In this document: one piece after another, positions 29,124 through 40,106 of the stretch
Layout: every line of letters starts with the position of its first letter
Numbering within the stretch: the first letter of the stretch is position 1
Assembly: GCA_020721865.1 (NCBI GenBank)
Contig: DYLW01000002.1
Coordinates: forward strand, 62,591-126,590
Direction: 5' to 3'
DNA length: 64,000 nucleotides
Source of the DNA: Leptospira biflexa
GTDB lineage: Bacteria > Spirochaetota > Leptospiria > Turneriellales > DYLW01
The notes under the pieces: model-generated
What the model was told of the DNA's origin: nothing
Databases searched by the model: none
Seen by the model: only the letters and a program-made list of their open reading frames with translations
Program-made: the position numbers and the translations under genes

Positions 29124-30488
29124 ATGATTATGACAAATTCCCCCCCAAAAGCAGAAAAAAAAGAAATATTCGGATGGGCAATGTTTGACTTTGCCAATTC
29201 GTCGTATACAACGGTAATTATTACTGTTGTTTTCAGTATTATATTTCCCAGATTAATTGTGGGGAGCGATTCTGGATCTCCCACGGGCGAACCGGAATAC
29301 CGGCTGGGAAATTTATTGTGGAGCGTGGCACTTTCCATCAGCTATTTGTTTGTGGTGCTGACCGCCCCCGTCTTTGGTGCCATTATGGATTTTTCCGCAT
29401 CCAAGAAAAAATTCCTGTTTTACAGCTATATTCTCACCGTGATTTCCACCGCCCTTCTATACTTTGTTTCTCCGGGGGCGGTGATTCTGGGCGTTGTGCT
29501 GATTATTCTTTCCAATTTTGGTTTCGCATCCGGGGAAGATTTTGTTTCTTCGTTTCTTCCGGAGCTGGGCAAACCGGAAGACTTGGGAAAAATTTCCGGT
29601 TACGCCTGGGGATTGGGATACTTTGGTGGGCTCCTTTCCACTGGAATTGCCATTTTTGCCCTGAAAGCTGGCACTGTGACCCCTGCTAATTTTGAAAATC
29701 TGCGGTTGGTGGGTCCGGTCACGGCGGTATTTTTTGCCCTTGCTGCAATTCCCACTTTTCTGTTTCTGAAGGAAAAAGGAAAGAACCGGGATACCTCCGG
29801 CAAGGAAAACTATCTTCTGGTGGGTATTTCCCGCCTGTCCCGCACATTCCGGGATATCCGGGACTATAGGGATTTAACGGCTTTCCTGGCGTCCTATTTT
29901 TTTTCCTACGCTGGACTTTCCATCATTATCAGCTTTGCCTTTATTTATGGAGATCAGGTCATCCACTGGTCGCCCCTGGCACAAACCTTAATGTTTGTCA
30001 TCACCCAATTGACGGCTGCACTGGGAGCGTTTATCTTTGGGCATATACAGGACAGATTTGGTGCCATCAAAAGCTACAATATCACCATGTTACTGTGGGT
30101 GATTTCTGTTGTTCTGATCTTCTTTACCAATGATATCACATCGGCCACAAATTATATATTAGGCACAAACTGGGAACCGCAATTTGTTTTCCTCTGGGTG
30201 GGTTCCCTCGCAGGAATGGGATTGGGTGCAACCCAGTCTGCCAGCCGGGCTCTGGTGGGATTTTTCGCTCCAGAATCCAAATCTGGAGAATTTTTTGGGT
30301 TCTGGGGGCTCTTTGGTAAATTGTCCGCAGTTTTTGGTATTCTGGGACTGGGGGTGCTTCAAGCAGAGCTGGGATTAAAGACTGCCATCCTTATCACCGC
30401 TGTGTTCTTCTTCATAGCTTTTCTTTTTACCTTCAGTGTGAACGAAAAAAGAGGTAGAGAAGCCGCCATTGCTCACGAAGGAGAATAG
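29124..30488 (+). CDS. MFS transporter, UMF1 (Atg22-like) family
   Basis: FGWAMFDFANSSYTTVIITVVF is the typical UMF1 N-terminus, with ~12 TM helices. The start is ATG 29124 or 29130; the track start at 28935 runs antisense through the tRNA and is rejected. Confidence 0.8.
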   Translation: MIMTNSPPKAEKKEIFGWAMFDFANSSYTTVIITVVFSIIFPRLIVGSDSGSPTGEPEYRLGNLLWSVALSISYLFVVLTAPVFGAIMDFSASKKKFLFYSYILTVISTALLYFVSPGAVILGVVLIILSNFGFASGEDFVSSFLPELGKPEDLGKISGYAWGLGYFGGLLSTGIAIFALKAGTVTPANFENLRLVGPVTAVFFALAAIPTFLFLKEKGKNRDTSGKENYLLVGISRLSRTFRDIRDYRDLTAFLASYFFSYAGLSIIISFAFIYGDQVIHWSPLAQTLMFVITQLTAALGAFIFGHIQDRFGAIKSYNITMLLWVISVVLIFFTNDITSATNYILGTNWEPQFVFLWVGSLAGMGLGATQSASRALVGFFAPESKSGEFFGFWGLFGKLSAVFGILGLGVLQAELGLKTAILITAVFFFIAFLFTFSVNEKRGREAAIAHEGE

Positions 30489-30501
30489 GCAAAACAACTC
30501 C

Positions 30502-32034
30502 ATGAAAAATGCGGCAGCCCGGATACAAAATAAAATACTTAAAGAGATAAGATGGATTGAGTCTTACTTTCTGGAAGCATATTCGGGTATGCCGTATCTG
30601 ATCCGCGAAAAGACCAGAATATTATTCTGGTCCATCATAACAGCCTCCATTCTATTTCTGGCTACCATAATGCTTAATATACAAAGCCCATCGCCCAGGT
30701 ATGTCTTCATACGATTGAATACTATTCTTTTGGTTTTTTTCCTGACCGCTTTGGTGATACTCAAATCCGGAGGCTACCGCTTATCTGTGGGAATTTTATT
30801 TGGGGCAATTTTTACTATCTGGGGAATTGGTTATTACTACCGGTTTGAGGATTATCTTAATACCGGAGTAAATCCGCTGAACTATCATTTTATGACATTA
30901 ATTGTTTTTTCTATTTTTTTTGGGTCCAGGATATGGCTGGCTTTTACCCTGCTTGCGATTATCACATTGAATTTATCCCTTTTTTATTATTTTTTTACCC
31001 ATCATACCCTTCCTATTTTTAACGCTGTTTTCCGGGATTCTTTAATCAATATTCTGACATCCCTGATAATTTCCGGGGTCCTGCTTTTCCTGTTTTCCCG
31101 GATTACAGAGAAATCTTTGCAAAAAGCCTCCAGGGAATTATTTAAAAAGAAAAGATTAAACGCAAACTTGGGAAAAAAAGTGGAATCCAAAACCCAACGG
31201 TTGAAAGAAAATCTGGATGAGCTCCAGGCCATGAATGAAAACCTGAAGGAAGCAAACCGGAAATTAATCCTTGCCCAGAGAACCATACTTCAGGATATCT
31301 CCATGGCTTCCAATGTCCAGAAATCCTTTTTTCTGCCCCGACCTCCGAAAGTCAAAGACTGGCAAATAGATTTTGAGTTCATGCCACTTTCCAGCGTATC
31401 TGGTGATTTCTATGATTTTTACTCAGAAGAGGATAAATTAAACGGGTTGTCTCTTTTTGATGTCTCTGGACATGGGGTCTCCTCCGCTCTGATCACCATG
31501 GCAGCAAAAACCATAGCCTTCAGAAACTTCCGGAAATATGAAAGCCACCACCCCGGATATATTCTGCAGAAAATAAATATGGAATTAACGCAGGAAATGG
31601 GGAAATCCGGGCACCACCTCACTGGATTACTGTTGAAGACATCCGGCAAGCAGGTGGAGTACGCCAGTGCTGGTCATATTGACATTGTTGTGGGTAATAA
31701 AATGGGAGATGTTTTTCCAGCCCAGTCACAATACGGGAGACTGAATGGCACATTTCTGGGTATTCCCGGAGTGGTCTCTAATTATAATTCCATTCATTTT
31801 GACATGGAAAAAAATGAAATCCTCGTGGCCTATAGTGATGGATTGATAGAGGCAAACCGGAGATTCAGCATACAGATGGGCAATGCGGTGATGATAAAAT
31901 TTTTGAAATCCATCAATTACTTGGAGATGAGTGCCTCCATGATAAAGAACGCTCTTCTTGACCATTTTTTTAAAATTGTCAGACAGGAACACATCCGGGA
32001 CGATATTACCATCATAATTTTGAAAAAGGTATAA
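30502..32034 (+). CDS. Membrane-bound PP2C/SpoIIE-family phosphatase
   Basis: Polytopic N-terminus, a coiled coil, and the PPM core SGDFYDFY...LFDVSGHGVSSALITMAAK...AYSDGLIE. The first ATG is at 30502; the track start 30469 is a TTG inside the upstream gene. Confidence 0.8.
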   Translation: MKNAAARIQNKILKEIRWIESYFLEAYSGMPYLIREKTRILFWSIITASILFLATIMLNIQSPSPRYVFIRLNTILLVFFLTALVILKSGGYRLSVGILFGAIFTIWGIGYYYRFEDYLNTGVNPLNYHFMTLIVFSIFFGSRIWLAFTLLAIITLNLSLFYYFFTHHTLPIFNAVFRDSLINILTSLIISGVLLFLFSRITEKSLQKASRELFKKKRLNANLGKKVESKTQRLKENLDELQAMNENLKEANRKLILAQRTILQDISMASNVQKSFFLPRPPKVKDWQIDFEFMPLSSVSGDFYDFYSEEDKLNGLSLFDVSGHGVSSALITMAAKTIAFRNFRKYESHHPGYILQKINMELTQEMGKSGHHLTGLLLKTSGKQVEYASAGHIDIVVGNKMGDVFPAQSQYGRLNGTFLGIPGVVSNYNSIHFDMEKNEILVAYSDGLIEANRRFSIQMGNAVMIKFLKSINYLEMSASMIKNALLDHFFKIVRQEHIRDDITIIILKKV

Positions 32035-32096
32035 AAAAGATTCTTCCCCCCGGCAATATATTCATCAATGGTTACATAGATAAGGAGAAAGTAGCA

Positions 32097-34229
32097 ATGG
32101 CAAAAAAAACTTTACTAATTCTGATAACGGCCTTGTGGATTGCCGGGATGCTGAGTGCCTCGGACTGGAATGGGAAAGACCAGTTTACGCTGGATAGGGC
32201 TTTCAGTCTGTATTTTGAGAATAAGCTGGATGCATCGGAAAAGGTATTCCTCTATTATCTGGAGACTTACGGAGAAAATGAAATTGTTTACCGGTATCTG
32301 GCACAGATCGCAGTCCAGAAAAATAATCCTGTTGTGGCAAAAAAATACTTAAAAAATGCCCTCCGGGTCAAGTCAGACGATATTGAGTCCCTGCTTCTTT
32401 TAGCAAATCTGCATCTCCGCTCCATGGAATACAAAGAGGCCATTGCCACATTCCAGAAAGTGTTGGAGATAGATGAATACCATGAAATTGCATTGAATTC
32501 TCTGGGCTATCTGTATACCCAGCAAAAGCAAATTTCCAAAGCCATCCATACCTATAAACGGGCCATTATTGCCATCAACAAAAACGGCCATGCTCCCATG
32601 GAAATGGCGTCCCTGTACGCAGAAATTGGAAATCTCTACAGCCAGCAGGAGGATGATAAAAATGCCATCATCTACATCGCCAAGGCCTATGAATTGATGC
32701 CGGACAATGATAAAATAGGCATTTTTCTGGGGCGGCTATATGCGATAACAGGAAATTTTAAAAAATCCATAAGCACTCTGGAACGTGTTCTGAAATCCAG
32801 CCCAGGGAATCTGGAATCCTTATATTTAATTACGGAGGAAAGCTATATTATCCACAGTCCGGATACGCTTTCCATCGCCAGAAAATACAAAGCTCTTGAT
32901 AACAAGCCGGATACGCTGATTGATGGGATCATTGAGGAATCCACCGGAAAAGACAATGATGCTAAAGCGAAATTTTATGCTATTCTCTCCAATGAACCAC
33001 GGAGACTAAGTGCCCATATTGGTCTGTACCGTATTGAGGAACGGGAAAAAAACAGGGAGAGTCTTAAAGACCGCAGTATTTTCATTTCCGGTATAGCCCA
33101 GGAATATACCGCATATTCCATCTCCCAAATTTATATGCAGAAATATTTCACTATAATGGATGAAATTTCACAGGAAGAGGATTTTCATAAAAAATTCTTT
33201 TGTACGCCATGGGAATCCGGCAAAATAACCGATGTTTTTTCCAAGGAAGAAATTTCCTCCATAGAGGACATAGCCGCAGCCTTTAGGGAAGCATATATCG
33301 ATTATGGATCCATACTGGAGGGGCTGGAACAACCCTCATTGGCGATGGTGTATTATAAACGGGCCATCCATATTTCCCAGCGTGAGATACTATTCATGCA
33401 GAAAAAAATGGAAGCCCGCCTGATCTCCGGTAAGGCCTTGGGGCAGTTTAAACAGGAAAGGGGAAATTCCATTCACAAACTGAACCAGACTCTGGCCTGG
33501 CTTTATAATCAGGAAAAAATCCGGAATGTGGAACAATCCCATAAATATATTGACAGAGCCATCGGCATGAATCTGGCCGATCCGTTTGATTATTACTTCA
33601 AAGGATTTCTGTATTTCCATTATTCCCAAGATAAAAAGGCCGGCTATCTGAAATCCAGGGATTTTTTCCAGACATCTGTGAAAATGTATACGGACAGGAA
33701 GCAGGAACCTCCGGGGGAATTTTATTATTATCTGGCCATGGCATGGGAAAAAACCGGGGACTTTGCCCGTATGGAAAAATTAATGGAGCAAGCCATTAAG
33801 CTGGATCCGGAAAACGCAAACTATCTGAATTATCTGGCCTATACGTACTCCCAGAACACCACGCAGTTGAACCGGGCAAAAGATATGATCCGGGCAGCTA
33901 TGGAAATTGAACCAGAAAACGCAGCTTACCTGGATTCCTATGGATGGATTTTGTTCCGCATGGGGAATTATGCTCAGTCAGTGCAGCCACTTCTTCTGGC
34001 GGCGGACATTGCAGAAAAAAATAAGCAACCGGATGCGGTCATTTATTTTCATCTGGCGGAAAGCTATTTCCAGATGCAGGAATTTGCCATGGCAGGTTTT
34101 TACTATGACAAGACCACCCAGCACTGGGACAATGCTTCCGAAGATCTGGATAAGAATTATATCCGTAAGAGAATGGCAGAGTCCAAAGACAAAGAAACCA
34201 CGCACGTCAATCCGGAGGAGAGGAAATGA
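32097..34229 (+). CDS. TPR-repeat protein, secreted
   Basis: Signal peptide and many TPR-like repeats (for example AIHTYKRAIIAINKNG, AIKLDPENANYLNYLAYTY). Confidence 0.7.
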   Translation: MAKKTLLILITALWIAGMLSASDWNGKDQFTLDRAFSLYFENKLDASEKVFLYYLETYGENEIVYRYLAQIAVQKNNPVVAKKYLKNALRVKSDDIESLLLLANLHLRSMEYKEAIATFQKVLEIDEYHEIALNSLGYLYTQQKQISKAIHTYKRAIIAINKNGHAPMEMASLYAEIGNLYSQQEDDKNAIIYIAKAYELMPDNDKIGIFLGRLYAITGNFKKSISTLERVLKSSPGNLESLYLITEESYIIHSPDTLSIARKYKALDNKPDTLIDGIIEESTGKDNDAKAKFYAILSNEPRRLSAHIGLYRIEEREKNRESLKDRSIFISGIAQEYTAYSISQIYMQKYFTIMDEISQEEDFHKKFFCTPWESGKITDVFSKEEISSIEDIAAAFREAYIDYGSILEGLEQPSLAMVYYKRAIHISQREILFMQKKMEARLISGKALGQFKQERGNSIHKLNQTLAWLYNQEKIRNVEQSHKYIDRAIGMNLADPFDYYFKGFLYFHYSQDKKAGYLKSRDFFQTSVKMYTDRKQEPPGEFYYYLAMAWEKTGDFARMEKLMEQAIKLDPENANYLNYLAYTYSQNTTQLNRAKDMIRAAMEIEPENAAYLDSYGWILFRMGNYAQSVQPLLLAADIAEKNKQPDAVIYFHLAESYFQMQEFAMAGFYYDKTTQHWDNASEDLDKNYIRKRMAESKDKETTHVNPEERK

Positions 34230-35149
34230 CCCAAAAAGAATTCTCCCAGTACTGGGACAAACGGACCACCCAAGAATCTTTCCAGAAAAATATACCGCTT
34301 CTGGTAAGGGCCTTCTGGAATACTCTTGCGGATTATCCAATAAGGGATATAACTTCTTTTGCCAGAGGTCAATTTGACACATATTACAAGGACGGTTTTA
34401 TCCATGAGAGAAGGGAAAACTGGGAAAAAGTGAGCCCTCTCATAATGGAAATTTTCCTGTCCTTTATTCGGAAAGAAGAAAAGTCCTTCCGTGAACGGAT
34501 ATCAGACCAAACCTGGGAAAAATGGAAAGAGTATTCCAAAAAAACCATTGACATTCCTCCGGAATTTATCCAGAATATCATGAAGCAGCCGGCCATCAAG
34601 GAGCTTTTTACAGATGTGATCCATAAGGCCATCATCGCATTCAGTAAAAAAATCAATCCCTTTTTCAATGCGGTTTCCGGCCTGGGCGTGGAAAAGCAAA
34701 TCCGGGATTTCATTATACCGTTCATGGATAATGTGGTGGAGATTGCCACTAATTTTATTTTATCACAAGAAAACAGGAATATGTTTGAAGATCTGAACGC
34801 AGTGCTGCTGGAGAACCTGGCCGGATTAAAACCCCAAATAATAGCGGAAGTGGATCTCTCCCAATGGACAGAGGAACTGGGACCATTGCTGGAGAAAACC
34901 ATGACCGATGAAATTTTTAAGGCATCCTCCCGGGAAACATTCCACTCATTTCTGAATTCCGTGGAGGAAGCGGTGGGAGACAAAACTCTGAGGGATCTTT
35001 TACGGAATGGCGATAAGGATGTCTTTAAAGATATGGAAAATCTGGTATTGGCAAAAGAGGAAATCCAGATCCTTACCGCTTATCTCAGAAATCCATCGGT
35101 GGGGGAGTTTATGCTGAAGGAGTTTATGGAATATGAAAAAAAACGGTAA
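34226..35149 (+). CDS. Hypothetical protein
   Basis: 307 aa ORF whose ATG overlaps the upstream stop (ATGA). Helical composition. No family recognised. Confidence 0.5.
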   Translation: MTQKEFSQYWDKRTTQESFQKNIPLLVRAFWNTLADYPIRDITSFARGQFDTYYKDGFIHERRENWEKVSPLIMEIFLSFIRKEEKSFRERISDQTWEKWKEYSKKTIDIPPEFIQNIMKQPAIKELFTDVIHKAIIAFSKKINPFFNAVSGLGVEKQIRDFIIPFMDNVVEIATNFILSQENRNMFEDLNAVLLENLAGLKPQIIAEVDLSQWTEELGPLLEKTMTDEIFKASSRETFHSFLNSVEEAVGDKTLRDLLRNGDKDVFKDMENLVLAKEEIQILTAYLRNPSVGEFMLKEFMEYEKKR

Positions 35150-35876
35150 GTTTGCGTTGGCCATTCTGCCGGTATTCTGGGTATTCTTCGCGTCCTGCCG
35201 GAGCACCCCGGAGGAAGTCAAGGGGATACCCATAGAGAATCCGCAAGTGCAGGAAAAAGAAGCGTTTGTGGAAACCCTCAAAGAAAATTATGCCGCATAT
35301 TCCGTTTTGACCACCAGCTTCATTTTAAAAGGAAAAATAGACCGTCAGGATCAATATTTTGAAGGTTATCTGAAAGCTACCAGCTCCGCCCAAGGAGACA
35401 CCCTCTACATTCTTTTAAAGGACACCGTTTTTAAATCTCCCATTTTTTCTGTATATATTGCCGGTGGAAAAGTGACACAGAAGGATTTTCTAAAAAATAA
35501 AACGGAAGTCATTCCCATGGAAAAATACCAATGGGTGGTCTTGTTTGGCGATCTGTTCCCGTTTCAGTTTTTTTATCCCATCATGCGGGGTTATCTGCCG
35601 GAAGATATTTTTTCACGGGATTCCAAATACGTGAAAACAGAAAATAAAATCATTTACACATCGGCCTATTATGACGCCGCTTTTTTATTCACAGGGAAAA
35701 CCAGTCTATCAAAATTATTTTACAAAAATAAAATGAACAACGATATTCTGCTATTTGAAATTTATGGAAAATCCTCCCCTGCGAATGCTCGCCATTTTCC
35801 CAAAAATCTGTATATCCGCCGGCAGGGTACAGAAGATTTTTTAAAGATTGATTTTTTTTCCTGCCGGATAAAATGA
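35133..35876 (+). CDS. Lipoprotein (hypothetical, possibly LolB/DUF4292-like)
   Basis: Lipobox VFFASC. The family assignment is only a weak impression. Confidence 0.55.
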   Translation: MKKNGKFALAILPVFWVFFASCRSTPEEVKGIPIENPQVQEKEAFVETLKENYAAYSVLTTSFILKGKIDRQDQYFEGYLKATSSAQGDTLYILLKDTVFKSPIFSVYIAGGKVTQKDFLKNKTEVIPMEKYQWVVLFGDLFPFQFFYPIMRGYLPEDIFSRDSKYVKTENKIIYTSAYYDAAFLFTGKTSLSKLFYKNKMNNDILLFEIYGKSSPANARHFPKNLYIRRQGTEDFLKIDFFSCRIK

Positions 35877-36481
35877 CCATGACCGAATCAACCATACAAT
35901 GGCAATCCCTGGCGGAGGAAGTGTCAAATTGTGTGAAGTGCAAACTGGCCATCACCCGCAATAAGGTAGTTTTTGGGGAAGGCAATCCCCACGCACAAAT
36001 CATGTTCATAGGAGAAGGGCCTGGCAGCCAGGAAGATATGGAGGGTCGCCCCTTTGTGGGCAGGGCTGGACAGCTCCTCACCCGCATCATTGAAAATGGT
36101 ATGAAAATGTCCCGATCCGATGTGTTCATCACCAATATAGTCAAATGCCGCCCCAGCGTGGACATGGCCATGAAAAAGGACCGTCCCCCGGATAAGGATG
36201 AAGTGGCGGCGTGCAGTCCTTATCTTCTGCGGCAGATTGAAATGATTTCTCCACGGGTTATCATCACCCTGGGAAGTCCCTCCACAAAATTTCTGCTGCA
36301 AACAAATCTGGGAATCACCCAGCTCCGGGGGAAATGGCACACTTTCCAGGGAATCCCGGTCATGCCCACCTACCATCCCAGTTATGTTCTCAGAAACGGA
36401 GGAGATTCCAGTCCGTTAAAAAAAGATGTCTGGCATGATATTAAAATGGTTCTGGATTTACTTGCCAATCCGCCGGAGTAA
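35873..36481 (+). CDS. Uracil-DNA glycosylase, family 4
   Basis: CVKCKL...[24 protein letters not shown]...[12 protein letters not shown] and TYHPSYVLR. Confidence 0.85.
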   Translation: MTMTESTIQWQSLAEEVSNCVKCKLAITRNKVVFGEGNPHAQIMFIGEGPGSQEDMEGRPFVGRAGQLLTRIIENGMKMSRSDVFITNIVKCRPSVDMAMKKDRPPDKDEVAACSPYLLRQIEMISPRVIITLGSPSTKFLLQTNLGITQLRGKWHTFQGIPVMPTYHPSYVLRNGGDSSPLKKDVWHDIKMVLDLLANPPE

Positions 36482-37735
36482 AAATCCCGGTTCCAGGCCG
36501 ATGGGAGAATCCAGAGAAATATCCACCATTGTGTTCGGGCGGGTAAATTCCTGAGGAGTTCCTGCATCGTCCAGAATTGTCTCCGGGCGGATAAAAAAAT
36601 CGTCCTGAATTTTCCGGGTCATAACCTGAATTTCTTCCCCCGGTACAAATTTTCCCCGGATATCCACCTTTGCTGTGCGGGCGGTTGGATTCACGGAAAG
36701 AATAATTCCCAAAAAATCGCTTCCCCGAATATACGAGTTGTCCCCGTAGTTCTGCATGGGAACCTCCGTGCCGCCATTTTCCCGTCCAGGAAAAAACCCA
36801 TCGGTATAATGCCGATGGCTGATGTAAGATAATTCCCTCTGGATGGGTTCCAGAAAGCTTTCATATTCTTTATGGATGATTTCCAGATTATACTCTCCCA
36901 CACGCGGGGAAATGTCTGCCAGAATATCCAGTGCCGCCCGGTACGCACGCGTGACCCCGGCCGCATAGTAAATTCCCTTATTGCGGCCTTCAATTTTTAT
37001 GGAATCCACTCCAATTTCCCGGATTTCCGGCAGAAAGGAAGCAAGGTTCAGATCTTTGGAATTGAAAATATACGTCCCTCTTTCATCCTCTTCAATGGGG
37101 AAATATTCCCCTGGACGGCGTTCTTCCACCAGGGAGTAGCTCCATCGGCAGGGCTGGGCACAGTTACCGTTATTGGCACCCCGGGACGCCAGAAAATCAC
37201 TCAGAAGACACCTTCCGGAGTATGCCATACACATGGCTCCATGCACAAATATTTCCAGATCGGCACCGGTTTCCCGCTTAATCTGTCGTATTTCATCGGA
37301 TGATAATTCACGTGCCAGAATGAATCTTTTCACGCCCATGTCCTGCCAGAATTTCACCGCTTCGTAATTGGTGAGATTTGTCTGGGTACTCAGATGGATT
37401 TCCACCTCCGGCAGATACTGCTTAACCATCCGCAACACGCCGGGATCGGAAATGATCAGGCCGTCCGGTTGGATAGTCTTCAGAAAGCGGATGTGCTTTT
37501 CCACCTCCTCCAGATCCTCATTCCGGGCATAAATATTGATGGTGACATACACTTTCTTTCCCAGATCATGGGCATACCGCACGGAATATTCCATTTCTTC
37601 TTCATGGAAATTGTCGGACTGGGCACGAAGCCCAAAGCGTTTGCCGGATAGATACACCGCATCCGCCCCAAAGGCAAAAGCGGCTTTCATTTTTTCCACT
37701 GACCCGGCAGGAGCTAATAATTCCATCTTTTTCAT
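36458..37735 (-). CDS. Peptidase U32 family protein
   Basis: MELLAPAGSVEKMKAAFAFGADAVYLSG is the typical U32 N-terminus, with the CMAYSGRCLLS region. Confidence 0.85.
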   Translation of the reverse strand: MKKMELLAPAGSVEKMKAAFAFGADAVYLSGKRFGLRAQSDNFHEEEMEYSVRYAHDLGKKVYVTINIYARNEDLEEVEKHIRFLKTIQPDGLIISDPGVLRMVKQYLPEVEIHLSTQTNLTNYEAVKFWQDMGVKRFILARELSSDEIRQIKRETGADLEIFVHGAMCMAYSGRCLLSDFLASRGANNGNCAQPCRWSYSLVEERRPGEYFPIEEDERGTYIFNSKDLNLASFLPEIREIGVDSIKIEGRNKGIYYAAGVTRAYRAALDILADISPRVGEYNLEIIHKEYESFLEPIQRELSYISHRHYTDGFFPGRENGGTEVPMQNYGDNSYIRGSDFLGIILSVNPTARTAKVDIRGKFVPGEEIQVMTRKIQDDFFIRPETILDDAGTPQEFTRPNTMVDISLDSPIGLEPGFLLRRIGK

Positions 37736-39081
37736 ATTTTATTATAAATCCACTCTTTCTTATAAAATTTCCGGAAATTCAGGACAGCCAGAGAAAACAT
37801 CCAAGTGACTGTCCCCATCCATAACCCAATGGTATTCCATTGCATAAATATACCAAAAAATCCGGCAACCGGCAGCATAACAATCCAGGTGACAAATAGT
37901 GTGCGGTACATCACCCAATTCACCAGGCCGGCACCCCGCAGTGCTCCTGCGAAAATCATGTTGGACGCATCAAACATCTGGAAAACAGAAACCAAAATTA
38001 ACGGCCAGAATGCGGTTTGCATCACCTCCGCATCCGGGGTGTACGCCCGCAGAATTTCCGTCGCAAAAACAATAAAAATGACTCCCATGAAGGCCATAAT
38101 AAACCCCCCGCCAAAGAAAGAATGCAGAGCACCCAAGATGGCCTTTTTTTGTTTCCCGGCTCCCAGGCTTTGCCCGGTTATGGTAGTAGCGGCCACACTG
38201 AAAGCATATCCCGGCATGAAGGCGATGGATGTGACGGAAAAAAGAATATTACCCGCTGCGGCGGATGCCGTACCCGTACCTCCGGGGAGCAGGGAAGTCA
38301 GGGTCATAAAGGCAAAGAAACCCAGATTCTGCCCAAATTCCGCCAGAGAGGGGGGCCATCCCAGAAGCACAATTTCCCGCAAAACATCCCATCGGAAACG
38401 GATCCCATGTGCCCGGAGGTAGCTTTCTTTTCTGTCCCGTGTCAGAACCCAAACATAGTACAGAAGAGAAATTCCGGCAGCGAGGCCGGAAGCCAATCCG
38501 GCACCCTTCACCCCCATGGCGGGGGCAGAAAAATGCCCATAAATAAAAACATAATTCAGAAAAATGTTGGATACCGCCATAAGAAAAGATGCAACCATGC
38601 CCACTCCTGTTTTTCCCAAGCCATCAAAAAAGGAGCGAAACAGGAATGCCAGAAAAAAGGGGATTGTCCCCAGGGAACGATACCATAAGTATTCTGCCCC
38701 CAGCGATATCACTTCCGGGTCATTGGACAGGACATCCAGAATCTCCACGGAAAAATGCAATAGCACCCAAGTGAAAACCAGAGAGATGAAAACAAATAAA
38801 ACCAGCGAATGATAAAATATTTCCGATATTTCTTTATAATTTTTCTGGCCAAACCTTCGGGCGGTCAGGATTTGTACGGAATAGGAAGCCCCCATAAACG
38901 CGGAAGAGAACGTCCAGTATGCCATTCCTCCCAAGCCGGCTGCCGCCAGCGGAATTTTTCCCAATTGACCCACCATAACGGTATCTGCCACCATTATACC
39001 GGTGATACTGAACATGGAGACCACCACCGGCCATGCCAATTTCCAGACTTCTCTGAATACCCGTGGGGAAAAAATTTTCAT
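37732..39081 (-). CDS. MATE family efflux transporter
   Basis: 12 TM helices, ITGQSLGAGKQKKA and VGQLGKIPLAAAG patterns. A 4 bp overlap with the U32 gene. Confidence 0.8.
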   Translation of the reverse strand: MKIFSPRVFREVWKLAWPVVVSMFSITGIMVADTVMVGQLGKIPLAAAGLGGMAYWTFSSAFMGASYSVQILTARRFGQKNYKEISEIFYHSLVLFVFISLVFTWVLLHFSVEILDVLSNDPEVISLGAEYLWYRSLGTIPFFLAFLFRSFFDGLGKTGVGMVASFLMAVSNIFLNYVFIYGHFSAPAMGVKGAGLASGLAAGISLLYYVWVLTRDRKESYLRAHGIRFRWDVLREIVLLGWPPSLAEFGQNLGFFAFMTLTSLLPGGTGTASAAAGNILFSVTSIAFMPGYAFSVAATTITGQSLGAGKQKKAILGALHSFFGGGFIMAFMGVIFIVFATEILRAYTPDAEVMQTAFWPLILVSVFQMFDASNMIFAGALRGAGLVNWVMYRTLFVTWIVMLPVAGFFGIFMQWNTIGLWMGTVTWMFSLAVLNFRKFYKKEWIYNKI

Positions 39082-39126
39082 GTGCGTCCGGTTTTCATGG
39101 AATCCGGAGACAATCCGTAAACCGCT

Positions 39127-40102
39127 TTATATCCGATGGTATGTTTTATCAAATTTTTCGGAAACAAAAGCAAGGGAGGGTGGATATGGATTCAGGATCC
39201 CTGGCGACTCAGATATGGTTCGTGAAACCGGACGATCCACTGCCGGAGTATATTTTTTAATGTGTCCAGACCGGTCTTACCTTGGCGGTACATTTCCAAT
39301 TGTTCCATGAATAGATTTTTTTCTTCTTTATCGATATCCTTTTGAAATAACCGGCCATGTGCTCCATAGCGTTAATCATATTTTTATGAGAATACGTCCG
39401 ATGAAAAATTTTCAGCACAAGATGATAATAATTGCGTATAACATTCCTGGGCTAGTCACCATCCATATTAGCGGTGATTTTTCCCAATTCCCCTGCCAGC
39501 TTCTGGTTGTATGCCAAAAATAAATATTTATGATTAGAGTGAAAATCCACCAGGTCCTTCATGGCCTGGCTTTGCAGTACCTTTCGGAATCGCCGATGGG
39601 TGAAAACCTGGATCAGAAAATGGTCATAAATTTTTTCATTCCGGAGCCTGTCCTCATCTTCAATGGCCAAGTGGGAAAAATCCCGGATAATCCTGTCCGC
39701 AAAAAGACCGCGTCCCTTCTTATGTAAGGAGGAAGATTTGGGATTATCCGGATATACTTTCACTGCGGAGGGTCCACAGGACGGGGAACCGGATTTCAAA
39801 ATGAACCCATCCACAGACTGATTCAGGATATTAGAGACAAAATACCCGGAGAAATGATTCATTGCGTCCGTATGGTCAATCCCTTCCTCCGGAGAGACCA
39901 GAGAATAAAAGTCTGTATTTTTTTTCTGCACCAGACGGATGGGAGCTCGTGGCACTCCCAACCCAATGGCCACTTCCGGGCAAACGGGAATGAAATGGAT
40001 CTCTTCTTTCATGGCCGCCACTGCCGGGCTCCGAATAATCCCCCCGTTATACCGGAAAGATTCCATCTCAATACAGGAACTGATGACCACAACCGGTTTC
40101 AT
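39127..40102 (-). pseudogene. YbgA-like DUF523 (TudS-type Fe-S) plus DUF1722 gene, disrupted by an in-frame TAG and two frameshifts
   Basis: The intact part (39455..40102) has the Cys triad SSC / VCPE / SPSCG and FHSNHKYLFLAYNQKLAGELG. After TAG at 39452-39454 the same frame continues to NAMEHMAGYFK. A -1 shift at the T-run 39340-39343 then gives KDIDKEEKNLFMEQLEMYRQGKTGLDTLKNILRQWIVRFHEPYLSRQ. A second shift near 39198-39203 gives ILNPYPPSLAF. Each piece is collinear with the E. coli YbgA C-terminus as I recall it. Confidence 0.7.
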
Positions 40103-40106
40103 AGAA

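Noticed and set aside
39452-39454. In-frame TAG codons in two conserved genes (also at 63606-63608) might indicate TAG reassignment or read-through.
   Set aside because: alaS (TAG at 22569-22571, 2 nt before the metX start) and the GPH transporter (TAG at 9992-9994) terminate with TAG at their expected C-termini. The YbgA-like gene also carries two frameshifts. Ordinary nonsense mutations are the simpler reading.
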